The notes under the pieces were generated by a model, which worked only from the letters and a program-made list of their open reading frames with translations, was not told the origin of the DNA and searched no databases. The translations under genes and the position numbers were made by a program. A stretch of DNA of 64,000 nt from Octopus sinensis. Its lineage: Eukaryota. This document shows positions 49,776 to 62,616 of the stretch, piece after piece; position 1 is the stretch's first letter; each line of letters opens with the position of its first letter. The stretch is from assembly GCF_006345805.1 (NCBI RefSeq), contig NC_042998.1, positions 162,688,001 through 162,752,000 of the forward strand. Reading direction: 5' to 3'.

Positions 49776-50034
49776 CACACATTTCACTTTCTATACTGTT
49801 ACATAATATGTGTATATACATATATGAAGACATGCACTCACGCGCGTGCGCGTACGCACGCACGCACGCACAGACACACACATACACAGAGGTTTCATAT
49901 GACGATAAAGACGTTTTGCTCTAATGAATTTTGCGTCTTTTTATTATGTACCTAAATATACATTGTAAAAAGAATATATTCGGGAAGATATACTTGAAAC
50001 GCTCTCTTGCATTCTAGACATTCTGGACAATGAT

Positions 50035-50740
50035 ATTGGTTTCAAATTTTGGCGCAAGGCCAGTAACTTCAGGAGAGGGATAAGTCGATTACACCAACCT
50101 CCAGTGCTCAACTGGTACTTATTTCATCGCCCCTGAAAGGATGAAAGGCAAAGTCGACCTGGGTGGAATTCGAATTTGGAAGTTTAGTCACTAAGCATTT
50201 TACTCTGCGTGCCAATGATTCTTATTTCTTTACTGCCCACAAGGTGCTACACACAGAGGGGACAAACAAGGACAGGCAAGCGGATTAAGTTGATTATATC
50301 GACCCTAATGCGTAACTGGTACTTATTTAATCGACCCCGAAATGATGAAAGGCAAAGTCGACCTCGGCGAAATTTGAACTCAGAATGTAGCGGCAGACGA
50401 AATATCGCTAAGCATCTCGCCCGGCGTGCTAACGATTTTTATTTCTTTACTACCCACAAGGGGATACACACAGAGGGGACAAACAAGGACAGACAAACGA
50501 ATTAAGTCGATTATATCGACCCCAGTGCGTAACTGGTACTTATTTAATCGACCACGAAAGGATGAATGGCAAAGTCGACCTCGGCGGAATTTGAACGCAG
50601 AACGTAGCGGCAGACGAAATACCTATTTCTTTATTGTCCACAAGGGGCTAAACACAGAGAGGACAAACAAACGGATTAAGTCGATTATAACGACCCCAGT
50701 GCATAACTGGTACTTAATTTATCGACCCTGAAAGGATGAA
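50035..50740 (-). mobile_element. Concatemer of four SINE S2 units
   Basis: Tail-to-head junctions at 50220/1, 50437/8 and 50622/3. Confidence 0.9.
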
Positions 50741-50756
50741 AGATATATATAGATAC

Positions 50757-50823
<67 letters not shown>

Positions 50824-50824
50824 A

Positions 50825-51135
50825 ACAAAACCAGAAAAAAGAGAGCTGATTCAAAGATTACAGATCCAAGCCATTACTGGAACTGCAAAAATCTGTAAAA
50901 CTTTCCAGAAGTTTATCATTTAGGTATATATGAGCAAGTCTAGATATGCAAGTATATGCATGAGAAGGCATACATAAAGCAAAACATACAAATCTGTACA
51001 CTTACATACATACATACATACATACAAGAATGCCCTGTTGTTGATGTTGAGATTCAAATGAAGGAACCTTGGATCTAGGTTAGAACCTGGCTCTTTCTCT
51101 GTAGGCAAGAAATCTTGAAATATAACTGAATAATG
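50825..51135 (+). mobile_element. Possible R4/Dong-like (REL) LINE extreme 3' end with UTR
   Basis: KRELIQRLQIQAITGTAKICKTFQKF* resembles the xQKxxLLGTAxIxRxxL terminus of R4-group elements; lies between (TA)n and TACA-rich repeats. Confidence 0.4.
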
Positions 51136-51414
51136 ACGCGCACACCTATACATACACATACAAGCAAGAAGATTGCCTTCAGAGGGAGATAAGTCAATGA
51201 AACGGTTGCGAACGGCGACGAAGGGAATTTGACGAACAAACAAACAAACAAACAAATGAATAAATACAACCATTGACTGTTTAACCAACAAGTTAAACAA
51301 ACGATCGATTTGTTTTTTGGATAGATATTTAACCAACTGACTAAGTATAAAGGAGTGGAATTGAACCGACGCGTACGTTATTAATATTGGTCTCATGACT
51401 CTCCCAAGACACAC

Positions 51415-51447
51415 TATTATTGTTGTTGTTGCTGTTGTTGTTGTTGC

Positions 51448-51491
<44 letters not shown>

Positions 51492-51576
51492 TATTATTAT
51501 TATAATTATAATTATTATTATTATTATTATTATTATAATTATTATTATAATTATTATTATTATAATTATTATTATA

Positions 51577-51609
<33 letters not shown>

Positions 51610-51811
51610 ATTATTATTATTATAATTATTATTATTATAATTATTATTATAATTATTATTATTATTATAATTATTATTATAATTATTATTATTATTATTA
51701 TTATTATAATATTATTATTATAATTATTATTATTATTATTATTATTATAATATTATTATTATAATTATTATTATAATTATTATTATTATAATTATTATTA
51801 TAATAATAATA

Positions 51812-51879
<68 letters not shown>

Positions 51880-51910
51880 TATTATTATATTATTATTATT
51901 ATTATTATTA
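51415..51910. repeat. ~500-bp imperfect (ATT)n tract
   Basis: Directly visible; runs straight into an S2 head at 51911. Confidence 0.95.
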
Positions 51911-52092
51911 AGGCGGTGAGCTGGCAGAAATACTAAGTAGTATTTCTTCTGTCGCTACATTCTGAGCTGAAATTCCGCTGAAGAAGACTTAGCATTTCAT
52001 CCTTTCGGGGCCGATAAATTAAGTGCCGGTGAAATACCGGGGTCAATGTAATCGACTAATCCCCACACCGTGTGCCTTTAGCAGAAAGGATT
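51911..52092 (+). mobile_element. SINE S2
   Basis: aaggcggtgagctggcagaa..catcctttcggggccgataaattaag..tagcagaaaggattatt. Confidence 0.85.
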
Positions 52093-52390
52093 ATTATCAT
52101 TAGCAGTAGTAGTGTTTGTTGTTGCTGTTGTTGTACTTGTTGTTGTCGTAGTTGCGTCCCGATTATTGTCTTCTGACTCACTTTCTGCCTCAATTAGTTT
52201 ATCTCACCGTATGATATATTATTTCTTTGTTGACTAAGAACCGTCAGACAACTCATCCTTTTATGAGGTTCTAATTATATGCATATCAATATATTTACAT
52301 ATTCAATTTTTACTGATATGCATATACTTGTATATGCTTGTATTTATGTGTGTATGTCTGTATGTATCTCTCCCCCCCTCTCTCTCTTTC

Positions 52391-52422
<32 letters not shown>

Positions 52423-52653
52423 TACACACACACACCAAATCTTGTGGAATGCTATACTCTTCTCTATATTCGAAACATTCCCAATTTACAAATTATTTAA
52501 CTAATTATCCTTAATTAATTAGCTAATAAATTGTTAATAAAGCTGAATGATAAAACTGAAGGGCAATACTAATGTGTGTGTTTTGATTAGCAGGTTATCA
52601 CTCCCCAAATTCGCTAGCTAGCTAGATGTGTGTGTGTGTCTGTCTGAGTGCGT

Positions 52654-52742
<89 letters not shown>

Positions 52743-53025
52743 TGTATGTATATAGATAGACGGATGGACGGACAGATTGCTTATTAAAAGCTGAATATTA
52801 GTTATGCACATTATAAGGTACAAATTATCCAGTACATTCAGCATATACGTCTGCAATGGCAACACGAACATTATAAACACGATTATGGAACCAAAAGGTT
52901 TTGCCGTCACTTGCAACATATAAAAAAAACAATGCAACACAAATGCAGGCCTTCAAAATTAAATCTGGTAACACAAACCATCCAGTCATCTTCTCAGCCC
53001 ATTATTCCCCAGAAGTGCCTCCTCC

Positions 53026-53300
53026 ATAGACCCATGGCTCAGTGGTTAAAGCGTCGGGATCACTCACAATCATGAGGCAATGAGTTCGATTCCCGGACTG
53101 GGCTGTCTGTTGCGTTCTTGAGCAAGACGCTTTATTTCACGTCGCTCCAGTTCACTCATCTGTAGAAATGAGTTGCGAAGCCATTGGTGCCAAGTTGTAT
53201 CAGCCTTTGATAACATCAGTAGCGTGAAGATGGTTGGCTGGTAAACAACCTTGCCTGGACTTATGCCTCGGAGAGTAACTTTCGAGGTGCAGTCCTTTTA
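53026..53300 (+). mobile_element. tRNA-derived CORE-type SINE (S4)
   Basis: tggctcagtggttaaagcg (A box), gagttcgattccc (B box), cttgagcaagacgctttatttcacgtcgctccagttcactcatctgtagaaatg (CORE-like). Confidence 0.75.
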
Positions 53301-53639
53301 CCTCCTCCATAGGGTCTTATCAGAAGCAACGATCATTAGAATTTCCAATAGGATTCCCAGGTGTAACTAAGACCGTGGGTATTATTCATGACATTCTTGG
53401 CCTACCCACAAGGTCTCCTGCTATTTGATTTGGCTTGAAGAATCCATGTTTCGATTCTTTTCTGTGACATTCTAATTGCATGTCCCTAGTAACGGCGCTG
53501 TGACCTCTCAATGCTGAGAAGTAGCGGCTCGGTGAGGATTAGCGCGAAAATCAAATTGAAGATAGCGTGTTAGGCTTCTTCTTTTTTTTTTTTACTAATC
53601 CCTCCTCTTCTGAGAATCGAATACTGGCTTTGGCGTACT

Positions 53640-54004
53640 ACACTAACCACATTAACATGACAAACAACCATTAACCTTATAAACCATCCCATCAGACAAC
53701 ACGCCCCAACCTCAATACTTTTTACACTCCCATAAACATCATCAGTGAAAGATACATCGATACACTCAACGCCTCCTGGTTTTCAAATTATACAGATAAC
53801 ACAAGAGGCAACGTAATCTCGTTATACCGAAACACCCTTTCTATCCTCAGCAATCCATACCTACACACACACACTTGCATCATCAAGCCAACAGAAAAAC
53901 AACTATTTCGTTGACAACACATTCTGATCAATATCGCTACCTCCAGCCACCCGCAAACACCAGGAAATCAGTTCCAAACTTTCCTCTGATCAACTATCAA
54001 GGAC

Positions 54005-54065
<61 letters not shown>

Positions 54066-54426
54066 AAACACCCTGACGTCATTCAAGAAAGCAAAAACAC
54101 TTTTATAAACTTCAGAAAAGCACAATGCAGCGAGTTTTACCTAGAAATAGAATCAATTTTTTTTCATATAATTGAAAGAAAAAAGCAAACACATCACAGA
54201 CATTAATACAGACACTGGAGCACACGCATTAGCAAAATTACATAGACGAATATGAAAAAAATATATATATACACACACACATACAAAGGCAACATATAAA
54301 AATACAACTCTAATTACGCGCACCCAAAATAATCAACCTCATAAACACCAGAGACAACATCAAACACAATACACCAGAAGCACACACAACCGAAATAAAA
54401 CTCAGCATCAAACAACTGAACAAGGA

Positions 54427-54463
<37 letters not shown>

Positions 54464-55265
54464 TAATAATAATAATAATAATAACAATAATAATAATTTC
54501 TTTTATTTGCCACTGGGGCTTCTTAGATGAGGGGGACATCACAAGTCTACTGTTTGTGGGGTGGGGTACCAAACTGATAAAAGATTTGTTTCCAACACAA
54601 GCCAAGAAACTGTAAAAATATTATATAGCGAAAACTTGTCTCTTCAACAAGTCGCACCACACCCGTGTCACAATATCATTTATCCACTACAAAAAAAACC
54701 TTATAAAAAAACCAACTCAAATCAAGGCAGTGTGTATTACAGACAGAGCATATCCTTAGATCACTTATAAATGGAAACAAACAGACCGAGAGCCGATCAT
54801 AAGATCGAACATGATAAAAGAAGATTAAACAGATGAAAAGTGGACACTCCGTCGTCTACGACGACGAGAGTTCCGGTTGATTTGATCATCGGAACATTCT
54901 GCTCGTGAAATTAACGCGCAAGCAGCTGAGTGATCCACAGACACGCGTACCTTGAACGTAGTTCTCAGGGAGATTCAGCGAGACACGGATTGTGACAATA
55001 CTGGCCCTTTGAATTAAAGGTATAGCTCATTTTTGCCAGTTGAGTAATAAAGTGTCTTTCTCAAGGATACAACGCGCCACCAGGAATGGAAGCCACGACC
55101 TTACGATCGTTAATCCAATACACCTATCCCCTAAGCTACGCACCTTCACTTTGAACGTGATAAGACCAGATTCAAATACTCTAAAAATTAGAATATTGAA
55201 AGCTTGGAAGACCACATCCTCACAGCACCAAGACTTGGAATTCTTTGGAGAAAAAATGTAAGACA
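53640..55265 (+). pseudogene. Heavily decayed L1-clade ORF2 fragments, split by microsatellites and a SINE
   Basis: A/C-rich strand; pieces SWFSNYTDNTRG..ILINIA (APE-like), KHPDVIQESKNTFINFRK, TEIKLSIKQLNK (pre-KSPG), KIRILKAWK. Confidence 0.4.
54838..55147 (-). mobile_element. CORE-type SINE (S4), near full length
   Basis: Head reverse complement gtgaaggtgcgtagcttagggg..ggtcgtggcttccattcc; CORE-like ccttgagaaagacactttatt; tail shared with 15446. Confidence 0.7.
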
Positions 55266-55399
55266 CGGTCTTTAACGACATCTATTTATGGTTTTAAAAG
55301 GATGTGTTTTTTTTATTAGATATTTACTTTTAATATGCTACGTTAGAATAACAAAAGTAAACGGGATAGAGTTATTTACAAAATGATAATAATTCCTTC

Positions 55400-55560
55400 T
55401 AATTTTGGCAGTTTTAGAGGAATTGGAAAAAGAGATTTCAACGAGCCCAGTTCTTGAAAGGTTCTTTATTTTATAGACCTCGAAATGCTGAGTAAGGAGT
55501 CAGAAGAAATTGCGCTAAGCATTTTGTGTCTGGCGTGCTAAAGATTCTGCCAGCTCGCCG
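55400..55560 (-). mobile_element. SINE S2, diverged
   Basis: gctaagcattttg..cgtgctaaagattctgccagctcgccg. Confidence 0.7.
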
Positions 55561-55594
55561 ATTTCATTAATAATAATAATCCTTTCTTTTATAG

Positions 55595-55830
55595 CAATGG
55601 TTCTCAACCATTTTTTCTATGCCCCCCCCCCGATTCCTGTTTCACTTGGATGGACCCTCATAATTATTTGATGTTTTAAAAATTCGTATTATGTTATTAA
55701 GAATTGTATATAAAAAATTAAAACATTTTGTGCATTGTTGACATATAACCAATTTATTGCGCATAAATTTTAACGACAAAATGTTATATGGATCTCCAAG
55801 TGTTATGTGGACCCCAGTTGAGAGCCAGTG
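55595..55830. mobile_element. hAT-type MITE with 8-bp target-site duplication
   Basis: caatggttctcaacc ... agttgagagccagtg; flanks TTTTATAG (55587-55594) and TTTTATAA (55831-55838). Confidence 0.8.
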
Positions 55831-55837
55831 TTTTATA

Positions 55838-56032
55838 AGCACAAGAAAGGGGGGTCAGGTCGATTGCATCACCCCCCCCCCCGTACTTGACTGGTACTCT
55901 ATTTTATCGACCCGAAAGGGTGAAAGACAAAGTCGACCTCGGCAGAATTAGAATTTAGAGCGTAAAGAGCCGAAAGAAATGCCGCTAAGCATTTTGTCCG
56001 ATGCACTAACTATTCTGCCAGCTCACCGCCTT
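55838..56032 (-). mobile_element. SINE S2
   Basis: ggtactctattttatcgacccgaaagggtgaaagacaaagtcgacctcggc..ttctgccagctcaccgcctt. Confidence 0.85.
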
Positions 56033-56423
56033 TATAATGTATGCTGAAGGGATATCGTATCCCTACGCTATTGAAAACGTAAGAGAAAACAGAAACAAAT
56101 TTTATTGAATACTTCCGTTTTATAAATTCCTTCATTATTGAATACTTTTCATCATCTTTAATATTGCATCCCGCGATATCATCTATCAAAAGTAAGAATC
56201 GTTAGGACTTCGGGAAAATGTAGTGTGGTATTGCTACTGTCTCACCGAGGGGTTATTTTCGCCTTTTCATTCTGTCGGTGTTCGCAAAATACGGTCTCAG
56301 TTAAGTTTTATGCTCGATGTCACTATCTTTCTCTCTCACCCAAAATTTCAGATGTTGGAGGAAAGAGAATTTTTAAGCATGCTATTATACATACATAAAA
56401 ACATACATGCATAGGTATATATA

Positions 56424-56479
<56 letters not shown>

Positions 56480-56694
56480 TGGGAATTGTATGGTTCAATA
56501 CCGCACAGTGGCTAGCGATTTTAAGCTGGGCCGGGGTGAAACCGCAGGTCACTGTGAATCATTGAACCTTTCAATTCTCGCAATAAATAAATGATATGAC
56601 TACATCGTATTGAGTTTTCTCTTTCTTGGAGATAGTATTACGTAGCACACTCCTAATGACTTCTCTTCACTTTCCTCGCTACCCCCTATCTTTC

Positions 56695-56742
<48 letters not shown>

Positions 56743-57724
56743 TGCACACAATACACAACCACAAACTCAGACACACATACACACACACACACGCAAGCCC
56801 ATTTCACGAATACATACAACGACAAATACGCATATTTCAACACACGCGCACACGACTGTTTGCAAAGCAGACCGACATTACACGTTCTTGTGCTTTGGTG
56901 GGTGACGCAGTTATTGTAGGGTACGATCAAGGTTGAAATTCGCTTTCGCTTTCACTCTACCACACTTCGAAGCGCATCTACCCGAGCCGAGAGAGTACCC
57001 ACTGACACTCGTAATACACACGAGTCAACTAACTAGCTGATGTTTTATTTGCTTTTTCGTTTGTTTGTTTTTTTGTCATTTGTTGTTATTTCTTTTTGCA
57101 TGCCTGGTCGAGTATAGATGTGAAACATCATCTGGCAGTGCCAACCCCCTTTATCACTGCTTCTTACACGATGTAGCTCGTTCCTCTCTACCCCTTATTT
57201 CCTTCTATACTTGTACTCATCTATACCCGACGCTTTACTTATCTTACCACCCCACATGTTTGTCATTATCGACTTCAGAAGTAAATGAACGACACTTAGA
57301 AACAGTAAAGAAAAAAACAAAACAAAAAACAAAACAAAACAAAACAAAAGCGTACATCGAAAACTTTATTAATAATTCTGCGAAGGAAAGTTGAAAGGAA
57401 GCAAGGAAGGAAAAAGAATTATGAAAGAAAGTAGAGAAATTATGAAAAGAAGAAAGAAAGAAATGGATGGTGGAATAGAGGAAAGAAGTAGTGGAGAAAT
57501 GGAGGATCGAAGGCAGAGAGAGAGAGAGACAGAGAAACAGAAGAAAAGGTAGGAATGAAAGAAGAAAAAGATAAAGAAAGAGGAAAAGAATACTGAGATA
57601 TTTATTATCTCTCCTTTTCTGTCTCCTCTTCCCTCCTCTCTGTCTCTTCCTCTCTCTCTCTCTCTCTCTCTCTCTACCTACCTGTCTACCTTTATATATT
57701 CTAACAGGCGAGACGAAAGATTCT

Positions 57725-58281
57725 TTTCTATTCTGGGCACAAGGCCTGAAATTTTGGTGGGAGGGGGCCAGTCGATTACATCGACCCCAGTACACAACTG
57801 GTACTTAATTTATCGGCCTCGAAAGGATGAAAGGCAAATTCGGCGGAATTTGAGCTCAAAACATAATGACAGACGAAATACCTATTTCTTTACTGACCAC
57901 AAGGGGCTACACACAGAGGAGACAAACAAGGACAGACAAACGGATTAAGTCGATTATATCGACCCTGGTGCGTAACTGGTACTTATTTAATCAACCCCGA
58001 AAGGATGAAAGGCAAAGTCGACCTCGGCGGAATTTGAACTCAGAACGTAGCAGTAGACGAGATACCTATTTCTTTACTACCCACAAGGGGCTAAACACAG
58101 AGAGGACAAAGAAGGACAGACAAACAGATTAAGTCGATTATATCGACCCTAGTGCGTAACTGGCATTTATTTAATCGACCCCGAAAGGATGATAGGCAAA
58201 GTCGACCTCGGCGGAATTTGAACTCAGAACGAAGCGGCAGACGAAATACCGCTTGTGCTAACGTTTCTGCCAGCTCGCCGT
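57725..58281 (-). mobile_element. Concatemer of three SINE S2 units with a single head
   Basis: Junctions at 57881/2 and 58065/6 (184-bp unit); only the outermost unit keeps the 5' head (58250-58281). Confidence 0.9.
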
Positions 58282-58897
58282 CTAGACGAAATGAAAGATT
58301 GTGACAGCCAGCAATATCTGTCGTTATATACCACCCGTCCACCTTCACGTTAACAATCATCATCACTTCCTGCCAGCGGGTCTCAAACTTCCCGCCAGTG
58401 GGTCTCAAACTGACAATTATTACCCAGCACCCCTATTCCCATCACACACACTCCTCCCCATAAAAAATATTAGTGAAATATCCCGCCAAACTTTATTTTT
58501 TTGTCAATGCGAAAGTAAAATGTTTACATCCGTGTAAATCTATTTTCTTTACCAAAATTCTGAACAAAGATACAAAGTTTGAAACCAATTTGATTTTATT
58601 CAACATGGTGCTTTGTCAACAAACTTTCTAATCCTCACGGGTCTATCATTGTGCAAGGCCAGCTTTAGACATCCTAGTGTCCAATGCACTTCATACAAAA
58701 TTTAGAATACACGTCAAATCACCAAATTTAGCCATCAAAGTCTGGTTATTGTTTTTAATAAGAATTGACAAGTCATATAAACATATGAACAAAGGTTAAA
58801 TGTAAAAAAAACCTTCTCGGTTAAGCACAAACACAAATACATAAATGTTTCACAGAAATATGAATATAAATGTTGAATCCGTTATACGCAACAGAAG

Positions 58898-59351
58898 TAA
58901 TATTAGATTAAAATAGCTACCTAAAATAGCTATCAAACTTAATGTTGATGCATCGTTAAAAGGGAAGTTACTGCAATAATATCTTATGGATGTGCTGTGT
59001 TTAGAAACAATATATACCAGAGAAAGAAGAAAGTTGTCCCATCCCACTAATAACTAGTGTGAACGCCATATACATTGCGGGATATTTGGGCCTTATCAGT
59101 GCCATGTAATCACAGCCAGCTACATGCGTAGAGAAAATTTGTCGCCTCCGATATATACGAAACAGTGAATAGAGCATTCACCGATGTAGCGAATAGCCGC
59201 TCGGGTGAATAAAATCCATTGTATGCAATATAAGCAATATTAAATTAAAATAGACGCCTACGTTTCATACTTAATGTAAATACATCGTTGACGGGAAACT
59301 TACTGCGGTATTCAACCAGAGACATTATCTCTTATGGACGTGCTGTGTTTA
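58898..59351 (+). repeat. Diverged ~110-bp direct duplication (58898-59003 and 59235-59351)
   Basis: aatatta.attaaaatag..acttaatgt..at.catcgtt...gg.aa.ttactgc...a.tatc(t)cttatgga.gtgctgtgttta is shared by both copies. Confidence 0.75.
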
Positions 59352-59651
59352 AGTGTGATAAATAGATGGTTGTGAATGTTAACTGTTATACATGAAGACT
59401 GGTATGTTAGTGTTTGTGCTAAATTTATTAAAAGCTTTGGTCATACCAAATCCTGCAAGCTATGATAAATACTGAAAAAAAAACAGGCCTCAAATTCTAA
59501 TAAAACTTGCTTCAAAAACGAGAGTCAAATCCTACCTACATCCGCCAAATATGTGACGAGAACAATTGCCTCTTTTGCCAGCCAAATTCACCTCGAATCC
59601 AAATCAACCGCCTTAAGAGACATACATTAAAATAATGTATTGTTAGACATA

Positions 59652-59752
59652 TAGGCGTGGCTGTGTGTAAGAAGCTTACTTCCCAAGCACATGGTTCCAA
59701 GTTCAGTCCCACTGCATGGTACTTTGGCAAGTGTATTCTACTATAGCTTCGG
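59652..59752 (+). mobile_element. SINE S1 head
   Basis: ggcgtggctgtgtgtaagaagc..agttcagtcccactgcatgg..ctactatagc. Confidence 0.75.
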
Positions 59753-59854
59753 TAGTACATAATGTTTGAAGAAGAAAAAAGCGGAATGTCTCAAATAGTG
59801 TTGATATGATCAAAGCTGTTATGATTACAGTGTGGAAGACATATTGGTTTTAAT

Positions 59855-59968
59855 TTTTGGCACAAGGCCAGCAATTTCGGGAGTGGTGGGTAAGTCGATT
59901 ACATCGACCCCAGTGCTCAACTGATACTTATTTTATCGATTCCGAAAAGATGAAAAGCAAACTCGACC
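59855..59968 (-). mobile_element. SINE S2 3' part
   Basis: ttggcacaaggccagcaatttc..aagtcgattacatcgaccccagtgctcaactg. Confidence 0.8.
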
Positions 59969-60814
59969 TGTGTTTTCCTCACTGTAATCGTTTTAGTTTC
60001 AACAGACGGTGTCTTAGATCAAATCATTTGCCTGGCAAATACAACCCCGAATAAGGAGAAAAAGAACCAAGACAATCACAAGTCCACTTCATCAGGGCAG
60101 ATCTGGAGCAACACCATTACCGCTACACACAATGTCGTGCATCTGTTTTACTCCTATTAACAACGCTGCCATCACAAATCACCACCACCACCACCACTTT
60201 CACTACTACAACTACGACAACGACACTACTACTACAACCAGTACCACAACAACTACTACGTCTACGACAACTAACACCACCATCAACATCAGCACCACTA
60301 ACCACTACTACTGTTGCTGCCACCATCCCCGTATCACCAATACATACCACTATTGCTACCAATGCCACCACTACCGATACCACCACCACGTGCCACTATC
60401 TCCGTCACTACCACTAATATAACAAACCCCTAAAACGTGAACTACTTTCCCTATTTTCTCTCTTTGACACGGGTAGATTCATCATTTCAAGAGGAACTTC
60501 AGTTGCTGCTGCCACTACCACTGCTATTACTATCACTACTACTACTGCAGCTGCGGCGGCTGCTGGTGTTGCCCCTAATTTTTCGTGTAGTTTGTGGGAA
60601 GGGAAGTTTTCTTTGTCATGAATGAAACGATGGGATTTAAGGTGGCGAGTTGGGTGAGGTGGCGGTGTGCGGGGGTGGGGAAAGAAGCTGAATGAGTAAT
60701 TGTGTCAAAGAACTTGAGTAAAAACGAAACAATGAAGAGAGAGGAAGCAAGTGGGTTGTAAACAAGCCTAGAGAGGGAGTGAGCGTAAAAGTGGATAGAA
60801 TAACATAAGATAGG

Positions 60815-60818
60815 ATAT

Positions 60819-60893
<75 letters not shown>

Positions 60894-60895
60894 TG
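60815..60895. repeat. (GATA)n microsatellite
   Basis: Directly visible. Confidence 0.95.
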
Positions 60896-61094
60896 ACAGA
60901 AAGGTAATATGTAAATAGATATGTACACATAGGTAGCAGAAGGAAGCAGCACACTATATGCATTTAAGGAAAGTTTACACACACACACACACATTATATA
61001 TATGTTATATATGTATATATATATATATGTATGTATTCGAGATCTCTTTTGTTGTCTTACCGTTTTTATCAATATATATATATATATATGTGTA

Positions 61095-61127
<33 letters not shown>

Positions 61128-61140
61128 GATATATATATAT

Positions 61141-61171
<31 letters not shown>

Positions 61172-61172
<1 letters not shown>

Positions 61173-62475
61173 ATAGGTAAACGTTAAAAAAAACACAAAC
61201 TGGGACAAGAACGTGAAACATTTTGAAGACGGCAAAAAAACACACAGACGGGACTTTCGAAGCTCTCAGTCATCAGTCAAGAACCAGATCATCTTCGCAA
61301 TTTCGGCTGATTAATCTTGAGATTGCTCCAATCTGGGCAGCCCGCCAAGGGAAATCTAAGCCAATCGCATTAGATTCCTTGGAAGAAAACCTCGAAAGTA
61401 TACAACACGGTGACGGAAAAACGGACGATGTTACTCGAAAAAAATTCAAAAATACGTAAAAACAATAAAGATAGCACGGATAAAAATACAAAATAACGTA
61501 AAAACAATCATAACAAAACCAGGACGTCAGGACAAGCGTCTTTCGACAGGACGAGTTGAGTATAGGGCTGGCTGTGGTAAAAATGCCTGAAGGCAAACGG
61601 AGCACAAACACATACATGTGGTCAAGCCAACTACTTGATGCGAAAGGCAGTAGTAGCTAGCTGGTCACGTGAGCACAAAAAGGAGGAAGGGACAGATGAA
61701 GAGAGAAGCAGGAGAGGGAAAGGGACAGGTCAAGTGGGGTATAAGGTCTGAGAGGCAGAGAAATGTGGGAGGGGAGGGACGGAGGAAGAGAGAAAGAAAG
61801 AAGGGGAACAAGGGAGGAGAAGAAAAAGAGGGAAAGAGACAGAACAAGGGGAGTGAAAAGGGTGAAGGCAGAGAAAAGTAGGAGAGGGGGGAAAAAGAGA
61901 CAGAGTAGTCGAGTCGTACCAATGTTAGAGAGTAATATACTTACAGTATAGGGTTAAAGGGTAGGGTACGTAGCCGCCATGTATATAGGTAAACGTTAAA
62001 AAAAACACAAACTGGGACAAGAATGTGAAACATTTTGAAGACGGCAAAAAAACACACAGACGGGACTTTCGAAGCTCTCAGTCATCAGTCAAGAACCAGA
62101 TCATCTTCGCAATTTCGGCTGATTAATCTTGAGATTGCTCCAATCTGGGCAGCCCGCCAAGGGAAATCTAAGCCAATCGCATTAGATTCCTCGGAAGAAA
62201 ACCTCGAAAGTATACAACACGGTGACGGAAAAACGGACGATGTTACTCGAAAAAAAATTCAAAAATACGTAAAAACAATAAAGATAGCACGGATAAAAAT
62301 ACAAAATAACGTAAAAACAATCATAACAAAACCAGGACGTCAGGACAAGCGTCTTTCGACAGGACGAGTTGAGTATAGGGCTGGCTGTGGTAAAAATGCC
62401 TGAAGGCAAACGGAGCACAAACACATACATGTGGTCAAGCCAACTACTTGATGCGAAAGGCAGTAGTAGCTAGCT
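61172..62475 (-). mobile_element. Family B repeat-spacer-repeat element inside (TA)n
   Basis: ~490-bp near-identical direct repeats at 61172-61662 and 61985-62475 (period about 812), separated by a ~320-bp spacer that is GA-rich on + (CT-rich on -); TA runs on both outer sides. Confidence 0.85.
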
Positions 62476-62616
62476 ACTATATATAGGTATGTTGATGCGA
62501 ACAAGAAAAAATAGAACTCAAAACATTAATATTTAACAGAAGCAACAGAGTGACACAAGGTCCGAGAGTATCGTGCGTTGGCATTTTCTATATATATAGA
62601 TACATACATATATATA

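Noticed and set aside
53026-53100. tRNA gene (also heads at 39370, 41700 and 63391)
   Set aside because: A/B boxes continue into SINE bodies that are multi-copy in the window; no complete cloverleaf acceptor stem.
61172-62475. LTR retrotransposon/TRIM reading of families A and B (TGG-starting sequence next to the family B repeats)
   Set aside because: I could not match TGGCGGCTACGT or TGGTCACGTGAG to a tRNA 3' end I know, no purine tract abuts the downstream repeat, both repeats do not end TG..CA, and family A shows none of these signs.
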